A stretch of DNA of 64,000 nucleotides from a virus. Below the pieces are notes generated by a model, which saw only the letters and a list, made by a program, of their open reading frames with translations, was not told where the DNA came from and searched no databases. A program made the translations under genes and the position numbers. Positions 39,301 through 47,301 of the stretch are shown piece after piece. The stretch covers positions 32,001 to 96,000 of the IMG/VR virus record IMGVR_UViG_3300023179_000037. The stretch is one strand, 5' to 3'. How positions within the stretch are numbered: the first letter of the stretch is position 1; each line of letters opens with the position of its first letter.

Positions 39301-40705
39301 TCAAAATAATTATTTAGGTAATATTTCTGCGGGCAATGCTTACATAGGAAATTTAATTGTCGGTAACATAACATCTACTGGCAATGTTACGGCATTTAGT
39401 TTTAGAAATGATAACAATACCATAATTAGAGCTGGTATTTTTGATTCAACATTTACCGATACTGGTAATGTTATATTGCCCAATTTATATGTTTCTGGTG
39501 TTGTTTCTGGTAATGGTGCCGGACTAATAAATGTTCCGACAACAATTACGTCTACTACTTTAGTATCATATGGTGGTAGTATTCTTTCTAGTAATATTGT
39601 TGTAACAGGTAATGTAAGTGCCAATTCATTCATAGCAACCGGCAACGTAAATGCTGCTCAAATAGGTGTTACTGGTAATTTAATTGCTAATAATGCTACA
39701 ATTATAAATGATATTCTTTTACCTGCAGATAGAGCTAATAGTATTGTTTTCTTGAATGCAGGTAAGTATGTTACTACTAGTTCTGCATTGACATTTGATG
39801 GTAATGTAATGTCCATCACCGGCAATTTAAATGTTAGTGGTAATATTAATTTTGCTGGAAACACAAGCTTATTATTCGTTAATGATAACAATACTGTTAT
39901 TAGAGCTGGTATTTTTACAACTACATTTACAGATACAGGTAATATTCTTGCTCCAAATATTTACGCATCGGGTATTATATCTGGAGATGGCTCTGGCCTA
40001 ACAAATCTTAGACCCAATCTATTATTAACTATTCCGACTTATACTGGTAGTATTGCTGCCACTAATGTAACTGTTGCTGGTAATGTAACAGCACAGAATG
40101 TTGTTGTGTCTGCAAATACAATTACCGGTAATTTAACTGTTATAAATGATATCAGTTTACCGTCAGATATTTCAAATGCTATTTTATATTTAAATTCAAG
40201 TAAATATATATCATCAAGTAATTCATTTACATATGATGGATATACTGTTAATTTAACTGGTAATTTAAATGTTGGCAATGTCAATACTACAGGTGGCGTA
40301 TCCGCTATTAGTTTTAGTAATGACAATAATACTATCATAAGAGCAGGCATATATCAATCTGTTTTTAGTGATACGGGCAATGTCACAATGCCAAATCTAG
40401 TTGTCACTGGTACAGTTACGGCAACTGATTTAAATACAACATCAGATATGACATTAAAAAATAATGTTGATACAATAAGAAATCCATTTAATATTTTAAA
40501 TTATGTTAGAGGTGTTCAATTTAATTGGAAAGAATCTGGAGAAAAGTCATATGGTGTTATTGCTCAAGAGTTACAAAGATTTCTACCAGAATTGGTTAAA
40601 GATTCCAGTATGGGAAAGACAGTTTCATATTTACCATTAATCGCATTTTTAGTTGAAGCAGTAAAAGATTTACAAAATCAAATAAATGACCTTAAGAGAA
40701 AATAG
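33389..40705 (+). CDS. Long repeat-rich tail fibre with C-terminal S74 intramolecular chaperone
   Basis: Many TTSNLxEGxNLYFTNAR and DVDTT..LxWNG.W repeats; six DNNTIIRxG repeats; TSDMTLKNN..GVIAQE. Confidence 0.85.
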   Translation: MTKLLSGRVKKIPSANVSSTRYQFLKLEETEPDLGLPSTDGQALLSNVTGYRYWGNVFATISDADKANIANTVLGQVQAATTSGFANLAGYANVSQNANVANIVLSLSNFTTSNLSEGTNLYFTNARVAANVSLLSINVLYDVDTTGASTNQVLTWNGTRWVANNISSIGTASSATNANTASIANTALTANVSNTVLSISNFTTSNLTEGTNLYFSNARAITAAIPAVTQLKPNIGGGAPSSVFYWLFDDNQYLGTNPTVYVTAGETISFDLNNISIDTFGLVKASTGSNVTTGLTHVSPAGTITTGAGAQGKTSGKLFWKVPFEEQGNVYNYTSFSRSFTGNIVVQKPTALLSTFHIPENGNLYYTDTRVLTNVSSMSINVLADVNTTGASSGQILGWNGSEWIPTSVAGVTSSTFANYANTANIARTANLANFANVANFANTSNIANSVLSLSNFTTSNLTEGTNLYFTNARVTANVSLLSINVLYDVDTTGLATNKVLTWNGTAWVPTDVLGTGVAAFANTSLLAGFANSAGQANQANTALTAATATIAFLASLATSAVSATTASVADIANVANFANVAKVSNTTNFANVANIANLVVSLENFTTSNLLEGNNLYYTNARVLSNVSVMSINVLADVNTSGLTDGQVLVWQGSSNNWIPGTISLVNASNISALANYANVSGGANVANVVLTISNFTTSNLAEGNNLYYTNARVYSNVINVLTTYNGNISAGNINLSGRYYGNGSALLGITTAQVKESGNLLYFTNALSRLSVSSANGIDYQPNTGVFQLANTVTFTEVRTVVTTFESGTANSLTILGNLTVYGNVVGFFSNTLIVNDPLIQLGYSNPSDAIDLGFIGHYNQSGTERHAGLFRDASETDKRFKFFEGYTLEPNTAVIATTDPSFALANVEAKEFIGNINWNRILNVPDPRITVNITGDVSGSAYGDIIDLQNNTINIVTAINPNSVALGTDTTGDYVANLIAGTGVFISGLTGESATPTIAIGQNIAPTANVTFNKITADGSNITNLSTDQIREGSTNLYYTNTRVFSNVSLMSIDVLADVSTVGVQTGNTLYFDGSYWVPGPNFVETPTVASTANLVLSLDNFTTSNLIEGSNLYFTNARARAAFTAGSGIFITPSGVISANASSLYVDQIKYTFTSVGNQSVFNGNDDNGQNLVIASPNKVLVFLNGVLLMKDIDYTANSIAVVLNDSVTANDVVTVFDGVLVGAQNTIVDYLQNVNANLLPFIDNYYSIGSSTLSWKDLYLANGIITFKNAGILNAKANAIIYYDTTGNIIFEANANSRTITPLLGVQGTYGNATIIPAFSVDQFGRIISISNVNVAGISAGSATSAESANVANIVLSISNFTTANLTEGSNQYFTNARVAANVALLSINVLADVDTTGVSTGNALIWNGTNWVPGTASGAGSASTAIFAQTANVANSASTATFAQIANVSNTVLSISNFTTANLTEGTNLYFTNARVTANVSLLSINVLYDVDTTNVRTGNVLTWNGTQWIAANVVSSGGGTVDLATYGGNILASNVVVTGNLTVSNINFIGGSTLGFSSDNNTIIRSGVFVSRFEDSGNVFLPNLIVSGKYFGDGSSLTGVLTLASLSNSYISNISIGNVAAGNITAGNIIVTGRFIGDGSGLTGITASAISITTSSVAEGTNLYYTNARVISAIQNNYLGNITAGNAYIANLVVGNLVSTGNITSISFRSDNNTIIRAGIFDSTFTDTGNVLVPNLYVYGNIYGDGQYLTGVLTRASLANTFVSNISVGSLSVTGNINAGNIILTGKITGDGSGISNISAAGIILSTSNVFEGSNLYFTNTRVITAVQNSYFANLSVGNLSVGNINTNNGQLVISVSQDNNTIIRSGIFATTFTDTGNVTVPNLIITGGIFGNASTLTGVVTTSSLNSYSFGNISAGNVIVTGKFIGDGSGLTGITASAISITTSAVAEGSNLYYTNARVISAIQNNYLGNISAGNAYIGNLIVGNITSTGNVTAFSFRNDNNTIIRAGIFDSTFTDTGNVILPNLYVSGVVSGNGAGLINVPTTITSTTLVSYGGSILSSNIVVTGNVSANSFIATGNVNAAQIGVTGNLIANNATIINDILLPADRANSIVFLNAGKYVTTSSALTFDGNVMSITGNLNVSGNINFAGNTSLLFVNDNNTVIRAGIFTTTFTDTGNILAPNIYASGIISGDGSGLTNLRPNLLLTIPTYTGSIAATNVTVAGNVTAQNVVVSANTITGNLTVINDISLPSDISNAILYLNSSKYISSSNSFTYDGYTVNLTGNLNVGNVNTTGGVSAISFSNDNNTIIRAGIYQSVFSDTGNVTMPNLVVTGTVTATDLNTTSDMTLKNNVDTIRNPFNILNYVRGVQFNWKESGEKSYGVIAQELQRFLPELVKDSSMGKTVSYLPLIAFLVEAVKDLQNQINDLKRK
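38540..39471 (+). repeat. Internal duplication in tail fibre; identical 62-nt blocks at 38540-38601 and 39410-39471
   Basis: gataacaataccataattagagctggtatttttgattcaacatttaccgatactggtaatgt occurs twice, 870 nt apart. Confidence 0.85.
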
Positions 40706-40728
40706 CCGAGTAACCTAGGGGGACGAAG

Positions 40729-42675
40729 ATGGCAATTAAAGTAAAAGGATTAACATTACTACCCGATGAAAACGGTAATGCGAGAAATAATACCGGATTG
40801 GGTATTAATACTCTTCTTGGCATAACTACTGGCACAGACAACGTTGCTGTTGGTTATCAGGCATTGGATGCGAATACGACTGGCTCGGCTAACACTGCGA
40901 TGGGGTCTGGTGCGTTGGGGGCCAACACCACCGGAGCAAACAACACAGCAGTTGGTTATCAATCTCTCTACGCCAACACCACGGCCTCCAACCTTACTGC
41001 AATTGGCTATCAAGCTATGTACACGGAGAATGGAGCAGGAGGTGGTGGTCAAAACAACGTAGCACTTGGTTATCGAGCGTTTTATTTATTAAATGGCACT
41101 GGTGGAGGTATAGCCCAATCAAACACGGCCTTAGGTTCTCAAGCTGGGTACAACACTACCGGAGCCGGTGTAAATAATAATACTTTTGTAGGTGCTTTTG
41201 CCGCATATACTAATACTGGCGGTTACGGCAACACCGCTTTAGGATCATCAGCCCTCTACGCCAACACCACTGGCACAAACAACGTTGCTGTTGGTTATGA
41301 GGCATTAAGAGCCAACACCACCGCCTCCGGCAACACCGCTGTTGGTTACCAAGCCCTCACCGCAAATCAAACTGGCACTGAGAATACTGCTGTTGGCGGA
41401 CTTGCTCTCGGAAACAATACAACCGGAAATTATAACACAGCCTTTGGGGGGAACATAGGAAGCGGTGGTATTCTATGGTATCCGGCACTGAGATTTAACT
41501 CAACGGGCAGTCATAACGCTGCTTTTGGTGATGGTGCTGCGGCTAGTAATACCACTGGTAGTTATAACACAGCCATTGGCACTGCCGCACTTTACACCGC
41601 CCAAACTCCTTCTGCTAACACCGCTGTAGGCTACCAATCTCTCTATTCAACAACCACGGGCGGAGGGTTAGTTGCAATTGGCTATCAGGCTCTAAACGGT
41701 AACACTACTGGCGCAAACAACACCGCTGTTGGCTATCAATCCCTCGCCAACAACACCACTGGCGCAAATAACACCGCTGTTGGTTATCAGGCAATGAGTA
41801 GTAATTACATTACAGGTTCTAATAACGTTGCTATTGGCACTCAAGCCCTCTACGCCAACACCACTGGCGCAAACAACACCGCTGTTGGTTATCAATCTCT
41901 CTTCTCCAACAGCACAGGCACAAACAATGTCGCTGTTGGTTATCAATCCCTCTACGCCAACACCACTGGCCTACAAAATACCGCTGTTGGTTATCAGGCG
42001 TTAGATGCGGCTACTAGTAGTGACAATGCGGCCTTTGGAGCTGCTTCACTAGGTTCTAACACCACAGGAAGATATAACGTGGCAGTTGGAGCTAGTGCGG
42101 GTGGTGGTGTAACAACGGGTGAACATCATGTTTCTCTTGGTTTTAACGCTGGAAACACCGTAACCACTGGTTCATATGGTGTTTATATAGGTTCATCATC
42201 AGCAGCATCGTCTTCTTCAGCAAGTAGCGAAATAGTAATATGTCATTACAACCAAACAGGCAAGGGATCAAACACAGGGTATATGGTTCCTGGATCTGGA
42301 GGTATGTACCAAGGCAATAACTCATCTTCTTGGTCAACCACCTCTGACCGCAGGCTTAAAAAGAACATCGTTGATAACAACGAAGGCTTAGACAAGATTA
42401 GCCAGATTCGGGTTCGCAACTTTGAATATCGCTTGCCTGAAGAAGTTGATCCGGAACTTAAACCAACAGATGCTGTAAAAAAAGAAGGCATCCAACTTGG
42501 TGTCATTGCTCAGGAACTTCAAGAAGTCTGCCCTGACTGCGTGAAAGAAGAAACCACGGGCGTGTTATCCGTAGACTCCGACAACGTGTTCTGGCATATG
42601 GTTAATGCTATTAAAGATCTCTCATCACAATTAAATTTAGCTTTACAACGTATAGCAGTTTTAGAAAACGCTTAA
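40729..42675 (+). CDS. Tail fibre/spike with 14-aa NTAVGYQAL repeats and S74 chaperone
   Basis: YadA-head-like repeats; TSDRRLKKNI..GVIAQE. Confidence 0.85.
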   Translation: MAIKVKGLTLLPDENGNARNNTGLGINTLLGITTGTDNVAVGYQALDANTTGSANTAMGSGALGANTTGANNTAVGYQSLYANTTASNLTAIGYQAMYTENGAGGGGQNNVALGYRAFYLLNGTGGGIAQSNTALGSQAGYNTTGAGVNNNTFVGAFAAYTNTGGYGNTALGSSALYANTTGTNNVAVGYEALRANTTASGNTAVGYQALTANQTGTENTAVGGLALGNNTTGNYNTAFGGNIGSGGILWYPALRFNSTGSHNAAFGDGAAASNTTGSYNTAIGTAALYTAQTPSANTAVGYQSLYSTTTGGGLVAIGYQALNGNTTGANNTAVGYQSLANNTTGANNTAVGYQAMSSNYITGSNNVAIGTQALYANTTGANNTAVGYQSLFSNSTGTNNVAVGYQSLYANTTGLQNTAVGYQALDAATSSDNAAFGAASLGSNTTGRYNVAVGASAGGGVTTGEHHVSLGFNAGNTVTTGSYGVYIGSSSAASSSSASSEIVICHYNQTGKGSNTGYMVPGSGGMYQGNNSSSWSTTSDRRLKKNIVDNNEGLDKISQIRVRNFEYRLPEEVDPELKPTDAVKKEGIQLGVIAQELQEVCPDCVKEETTGVLSVDSDNVFWHMVNAIKDLSSQLNLALQRIAVLENA

Positions 42676-42687
42676 AAGATATAAACA

Positions 42688-44127
42688 ATGGCATCTAAAG
42701 CAAGATATATAGCAAATTTTATAATAGCCGGCAATAATATTGCCAACAGCACTATTACCTTTTCTGACATTGGATTGTTATTTACATCTAATGTAAATGA
42801 ACTTGGAAATCTTTACTACACCAATGCCAGAGTATTTTCTAATGTATCTCTGATGAGTATTGATGTTCTTGCTGATGTGGATACAACCGGTAAACAAGTA
42901 GGTAACACTTTAGTATGGAATGGTAGTTATTGGGTACCGGGTGCAGTGGGTTCAGGTGGCGGCGTTAATCTTTCAGAAACAGCGAATGTTGCAAATACAG
43001 TTGTATCCATCAGTAACTTTACTACTGCAAATTTAGCAGAAGGATCAAATTTATACTTTACTAATGCAAGAGCTCTTGCTGCAGTTCAGTATCAAGATTT
43101 AAGTATAGATGATTTGTTTGTTGCCGGCAATTTAACAGTTCAAGGTAATGTAGTTACTTTAAATACTGCAACTGTTATAGTTGAGGATAAGAATATAATA
43201 CTTGCCAATGGTGCAGGATCAGCAGCAGCTGCAGATGGTGCCGGTATTACTATCGATGGAGCAAGTGCATCGTTAACATATGTCTATTCTGTTGACAGAT
43301 TTAGATTTGATAAAAATGTAGACATTAGTGGTAATCAAGTTTTAACTACAGCAAGTTCTACGACAAATCTACCAGAAGGTTCAAATTTATATTTTTCAAA
43401 TGCTAGAGTAGCAGCCAATGTATCTTTATTAAGTATTAATGCTCTAGTCGATGTAGATACTACTGGAGCAGTAAGTGGAAATGCATTAGTTTGGAATGGA
43501 ACCAATTGGGTACCGGGGACGGTAGCTGCCGGATCTGCTACTGCATCTTTAACTGCAAATTTCGCCAATCTGGCAGCAAATGCTAACTTAGTTCTTTCTT
43601 TAAGTAATTTTACTACTTCAAATCTTACTGAAGGAGTAAATCTTTACTACACCAATGCTAGAGTATGGGCTAACATAACGGGCGGTATAACAACCTCATA
43701 TGTACCTGAAGGTTCAAATCTTTACTATACCAATGCAAGAGTAAGATCTGCTATAACGGCAGGTAATACTTTAAGTTATAATAGTAGTACTGGCAACATT
43801 ACAATGACTCCTTCGGGCGTAACACCTGGAGTTTATGGTAATTCGACAATAGTGCCGGTTGTTACTGTCGATCAATTTGGTAGAGTAACCAATGTCTCGA
43901 ATATAAATATAACGGCATCAGTAAGTGGCGGAGGCGGAAGTCCAACGACAGATTCTTCTAATGCCAATGTATTTACATCAATGAATGGTATTTTTATTAA
44001 TTCAGCGAATGTAACATTGAATTATACTATAGGATCTGGGTATAATGGATTATCTGCAGGACCTATTACGATTTCTGCAAATACTAATGTTATTGTTTCT
44101 GCTGGTAGTTTTTGGACTATAATATAA
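42688..44127 (+). CDS. Tail-fibre-associated repeat protein
   Basis: NLYYTNAR repeats, VEDKNIILA, YGNST.VTVDQFGRVT. Confidence 0.75.
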   Translation: MASKARYIANFIIAGNNIANSTITFSDIGLLFTSNVNELGNLYYTNARVFSNVSLMSIDVLADVDTTGKQVGNTLVWNGSYWVPGAVGSGGGVNLSETANVANTVVSISNFTTANLAEGSNLYFTNARALAAVQYQDLSIDDLFVAGNLTVQGNVVTLNTATVIVEDKNIILANGAGSAAAADGAGITIDGASASLTYVYSVDRFRFDKNVDISGNQVLTTASSTTNLPEGSNLYFSNARVAANVSLLSINALVDVDTTGAVSGNALVWNGTNWVPGTVAAGSATASLTANFANLAANANLVLSLSNFTTSNLTEGVNLYYTNARVWANITGGITTSYVPEGSNLYYTNARVRSAITAGNTLSYNSSTGNITMTPSGVTPGVYGNSTIVPVVTVDQFGRVTNVSNINITASVSGGGGSPTTDSSNANVFTSMNGIFINSANVTLNYTIGSGYNGLSAGPITISANTNVIVSAGSFWTII

Positions 44128-44140
44128 TGAGTACATTATA

Positions 44141-45271
44141 ATGAGTATATTAAAATTTTCAGGTAATTTATTTGGCACTGGTTCTGTTACAATAACTTCG
44201 CCAAATACCAATGCTACCTATAGTATTACTTTGCCAGCATCTTCCGGTGAATTAGTTTCCACTGGAAATTTTAATACTGGTATAGTTACAGAAGGTACAA
44301 ATTTATATTTTACAAATGCAAGAGTAATTGCTGCAGTATCTGATGGACTTTCAACTAGTAATATAGCAGAAGGTTCAAATTTATATTTTACAAATGCTCG
44401 TGTTGCTGCTAATGTAGCTTTACTAAGTATAAATGTATTATATGATGTAGATACTACAAATGCTGTAGCCGGAAATGCATTGGTATGGAATGGATCTACC
44501 TGGGTACCGGGAACGGTTGCAGCTGGATCAGCATCTACAGCATTAACATCCAATTTTGCCACTCTAGCAGCAAATGCCAATCTAGTAGTTTCCATTAGTA
44601 ACTTTACTACAAGTAATCTTGCTGAGGGCAATAATCTATACTATACAAATGCTCGTGTTCGTTCAGCTATAACTGCTGGTAATACATTATATTATGATCA
44701 AACTACGGGTAATGTTACTTTAACCAGATCCGGTGTTACTGTTGGTGTTTATGGTAATTCATCAACTATTGCTGTAGTAACAGTGGATCAGTTTGGAAGA
44801 GTAACAAACGCTCAAAATACTGTTGTTTCAAGTTCTGCTGTTGCAGCATCAGGTAGTGATAGGCAAATTCAATACAACAATGCTGGATCTTTTGCTGGCG
44901 CTTCATCTTTTACATTTGACGGGTCGAATGTAACTATTGGAAATGCCGGACAACTAAGATTTGCCAATACAAATTCTACTCGATATGTTTCATTTAGAGC
45001 AAACACAGTATTATCCGCTAATGTTACTTGGACATTGCCTGGAACAGATGGTTCTGCTAATAGTGCACTGTTAACTGACGGATCTGGAAATTTATCTTTT
45101 GGTCGATCAGCTAATTCGCAAGCAGCCGCTGGTTTGTTTGAAAATTCAAATCTAATAGTAACAAGTTATACAATTAGAGAAGGATACAATGCTATCAGTG
45201 CTGGACCAATAGGTGTTGCTCCCGGAGTCACTGTTACTGTTCCTGCTGGAAGTACTTGGTTGGTGTTGTAA
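44141..45271 (+). CDS. Tail-fibre-associated repeat protein
   Basis: Same repeat family; C-terminal NAISAGPI..TVP.GS.W. Confidence 0.75.
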   Translation: MSILKFSGNLFGTGSVTITSPNTNATYSITLPASSGELVSTGNFNTGIVTEGTNLYFTNARVIAAVSDGLSTSNIAEGSNLYFTNARVAANVALLSINVLYDVDTTNAVAGNALVWNGSTWVPGTVAAGSASTALTSNFATLAANANLVVSISNFTTSNLAEGNNLYYTNARVRSAITAGNTLYYDQTTGNVTLTRSGVTVGVYGNSSTIAVVTVDQFGRVTNAQNTVVSSSAVAASGSDRQIQYNNAGSFAGASSFTFDGSNVTIGNAGQLRFANTNSTRYVSFRANTVLSANVTWTLPGTDGSANSALLTDGSGNLSFGRSANSQAAAGLFENSNLIVTSYTIREGYNAISAGPIGVAPGVTVTVPAGSTWLVL

Positions 45272-46389
45272 TGAGTCAATTAGTTTTATTGGGTAATGTT
45301 TTAGGAACAGGAGAGATTACATTATCTGCTCCGGAAACAATTAACAATCCAACACTCGTTTTACCCCCAAATTCTAATACCTTAGTATTAAAATCTTATT
45401 TTACTACGGATACTGTTACTGAGGTAGCATCAAATCTTTACTTTACAAATGCAAGAGCGAGATCTGCTTTTGCATCAGTAACAAGTTCTAATATTAGTGA
45501 AGGTACTAATTTATATTTAACTAATGCTAGAATTGCAGCAAACGTGGCATTATTGAATTTTAAAGATTTTTTCGATGTTGATGATACGGGATTAGTTGCC
45601 GGCAATGCAATAGTATGGAACGGTTCTCAGTGGTTACCAGGAACAGTATCAGCTGGTGCAGTATCGACAGCAAATACTGTTAATTTTTCCACCTTAGCTG
45701 CAAATGCTAATCTTGTAGTTTCTTTAAATAATCTATCTACATCGAATCTGGCAGAAGATACAAATTTATATTATACAAATGCAAGAGTAATTTCTGCTAT
45801 TACTGCAGGAAATACATTAAATTATAGTAATGGAAATATAACACTAACTACTAGTGGTGTTTCGGCCGGTGTTTATGGTGGCGGATCTAATATAGCAATA
45901 TTAACAATTGATCAGTTTGGTAGAATAACATCTGCATCTAATGTATCAGTTACAGCATTATCAATAGCTGCAGCTGGATCAAATTCACAAATAATGTATA
46001 ATAATGCAGGAATTTTTGCAGGTTCATCTAATTTTATATACGATGGAATAAATATTCAAGTAGGAAGTAGTGGTGCTGTTAGATTAGCAAATATTCTTGG
46101 TGGATTTGCAGGATTAAAAGCTCCAGCTACGATAACGAGTAATATAAATTTTAGATTGCCTGTATCAAATACTGGCAATGCAGAATTAATTACAGATGGT
46201 TCTGGTAATCTAGATTGGGGAAGATCGATTCAGCAAATGGCTGATTCGGGAATGGTGGAAATGGCAAATTCTATAAGTTCTGCTTATACAATTCGAAATG
46301 GTTACAATGCTTTTAGTGTTGGTAATTTAACAATTCAATCTACAGGAAACGTAACATTACCTGATGGTAGTGTTTGGGCTATTTACTAA
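45271..46389 (+). CDS. Tail-fibre-associated repeat protein (paralog of previous gene)
   Basis: Collinear similarity to 44141-45271; TAATG coupling. Confidence 0.75.
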   Translation: MSQLVLLGNVLGTGEITLSAPETINNPTLVLPPNSNTLVLKSYFTTDTVTEVASNLYFTNARARSAFASVTSSNISEGTNLYLTNARIAANVALLNFKDFFDVDDTGLVAGNAIVWNGSQWLPGTVSAGAVSTANTVNFSTLAANANLVVSLNNLSTSNLAEDTNLYYTNARVISAITAGNTLNYSNGNITLTTSGVSAGVYGGGSNIAILTIDQFGRITSASNVSVTALSIAAAGSNSQIMYNNAGIFAGSSNFIYDGINIQVGSSGAVRLANILGGFAGLKAPATITSNINFRLPVSNTGNAELITDGSGNLDWGRSIQQMADSGMVEMANSISSAYTIRNGYNAFSVGNLTIQSTGNVTLPDGSVWAIY

Positions 46390-47030
46390 TGAGTACAGTT
46401 AAACTTCAAGGCAATTCTGCAGGATCTGGTTCAGTGACCGTTGTATCTCCGAATACAAACAACAGTTATAGTCTAACTTTACCATCTGCTAGTGGTGAAT
46501 TAATTACTAAAACCATTACTGGAGGAGTAAGTATATCTGCTGGTAATCTTTCATTTGATTCTGGATACGGCATAGATTTCTCCGCAACGGCTGGGACAGG
46601 TACGAGTGAGCTGTTTAATGATTATGAGGAAGGGACATTTACCCCCGCATACAACACATCCAATTCAAACATGACGGTGACAGACAACGGAACTGGCACT
46701 TACACAAAAATTGGAAGAGTTGTACACGTTTATATGAGATTTTTGGTTTCTGCAATTTCTTCTGCCGGAACAGGCGATCTAAGAATTACTGGGTTGCCAT
46801 TTACGCAAGCATCTGGATCGCCAGTTGGGGTTGTTTCGGTAATCTATGAATCAAACTTTGCTACCAACACCTTTCCAACAGCAGGGCGAATAGATCAAGG
46901 AAAAACTTATATTGATTTGTATAAACGCTCTGGTTCTGATGCCAGATCAGCTTTGAACGTCCTTAATGTTGCCGCAGATTTAGCAGCAAACTCAGGATTC
47001 GATTGGTATTACGCTTGTTATTACGTTTAA
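46389..47030 (+). CDS. Tail fibre tip-like protein
   Basis: DYEEGTFTP..YTKIGRVV..ITGLPF motif. Confidence 0.7.
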   Translation: MSTVKLQGNSAGSGSVTVVSPNTNNSYSLTLPSASGELITKTITGGVSISAGNLSFDSGYGIDFSATAGTGTSELFNDYEEGTFTPAYNTSNSNMTVTDNGTGTYTKIGRVVHVYMRFLVSAISSAGTGDLRITGLPFTQASGSPVGVVSVIYESNFATNTFPTAGRIDQGKTYIDLYKRSGSDARSALNVLNVAADLAANSGFDWYYACYYV

Positions 47031-47049
47031 GCAAATAAAGGAACCCAAA

Positions 47050-47292
47050 ATGTCTCTTACCAAACAAACCGTTGTTGACCAAATAACAGTCACCGAGAAC
47101 GGCATCGTGCTTTATCGTGAAGCCACTCGCATTATTGAAGATGAAAAGATACTGACACAAACCTATCACCGCTCAAGCCTGACACCAGGACAAGACCTAA
47201 CCGGACAGCCTGAGAAGGTCGTAGCCATTGCTCAAGTAGCATGGACACCTGAAGTCATTGCGGCGTATCAAGCTTCAATGGCAAACAATTAG
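47050..47292 (+). CDS. Small tail-fibre-associated protein
   Basis: 80 aa, YHRSSLTPG..AWTPEVIAAY. Confidence 0.6.
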   Translation: MSLTKQTVVDQITVTENGIVLYREATRIIEDEKILTQTYHRSSLTPGQDLTGQPEKVVAIAQVAWTPEVIAAYQASMANN

Positions 47293-47301
47293 GAGTAAAG
47301 A

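Noticed and set aside
40703-40731. GC-rich intergenic GCCGAGTAACCTAGGGGGGACGAAG before the fibre gene as a recombination or RNA element
   Set aside because: Single occurrence in the window with no convincing structure; explicable as an SD region.
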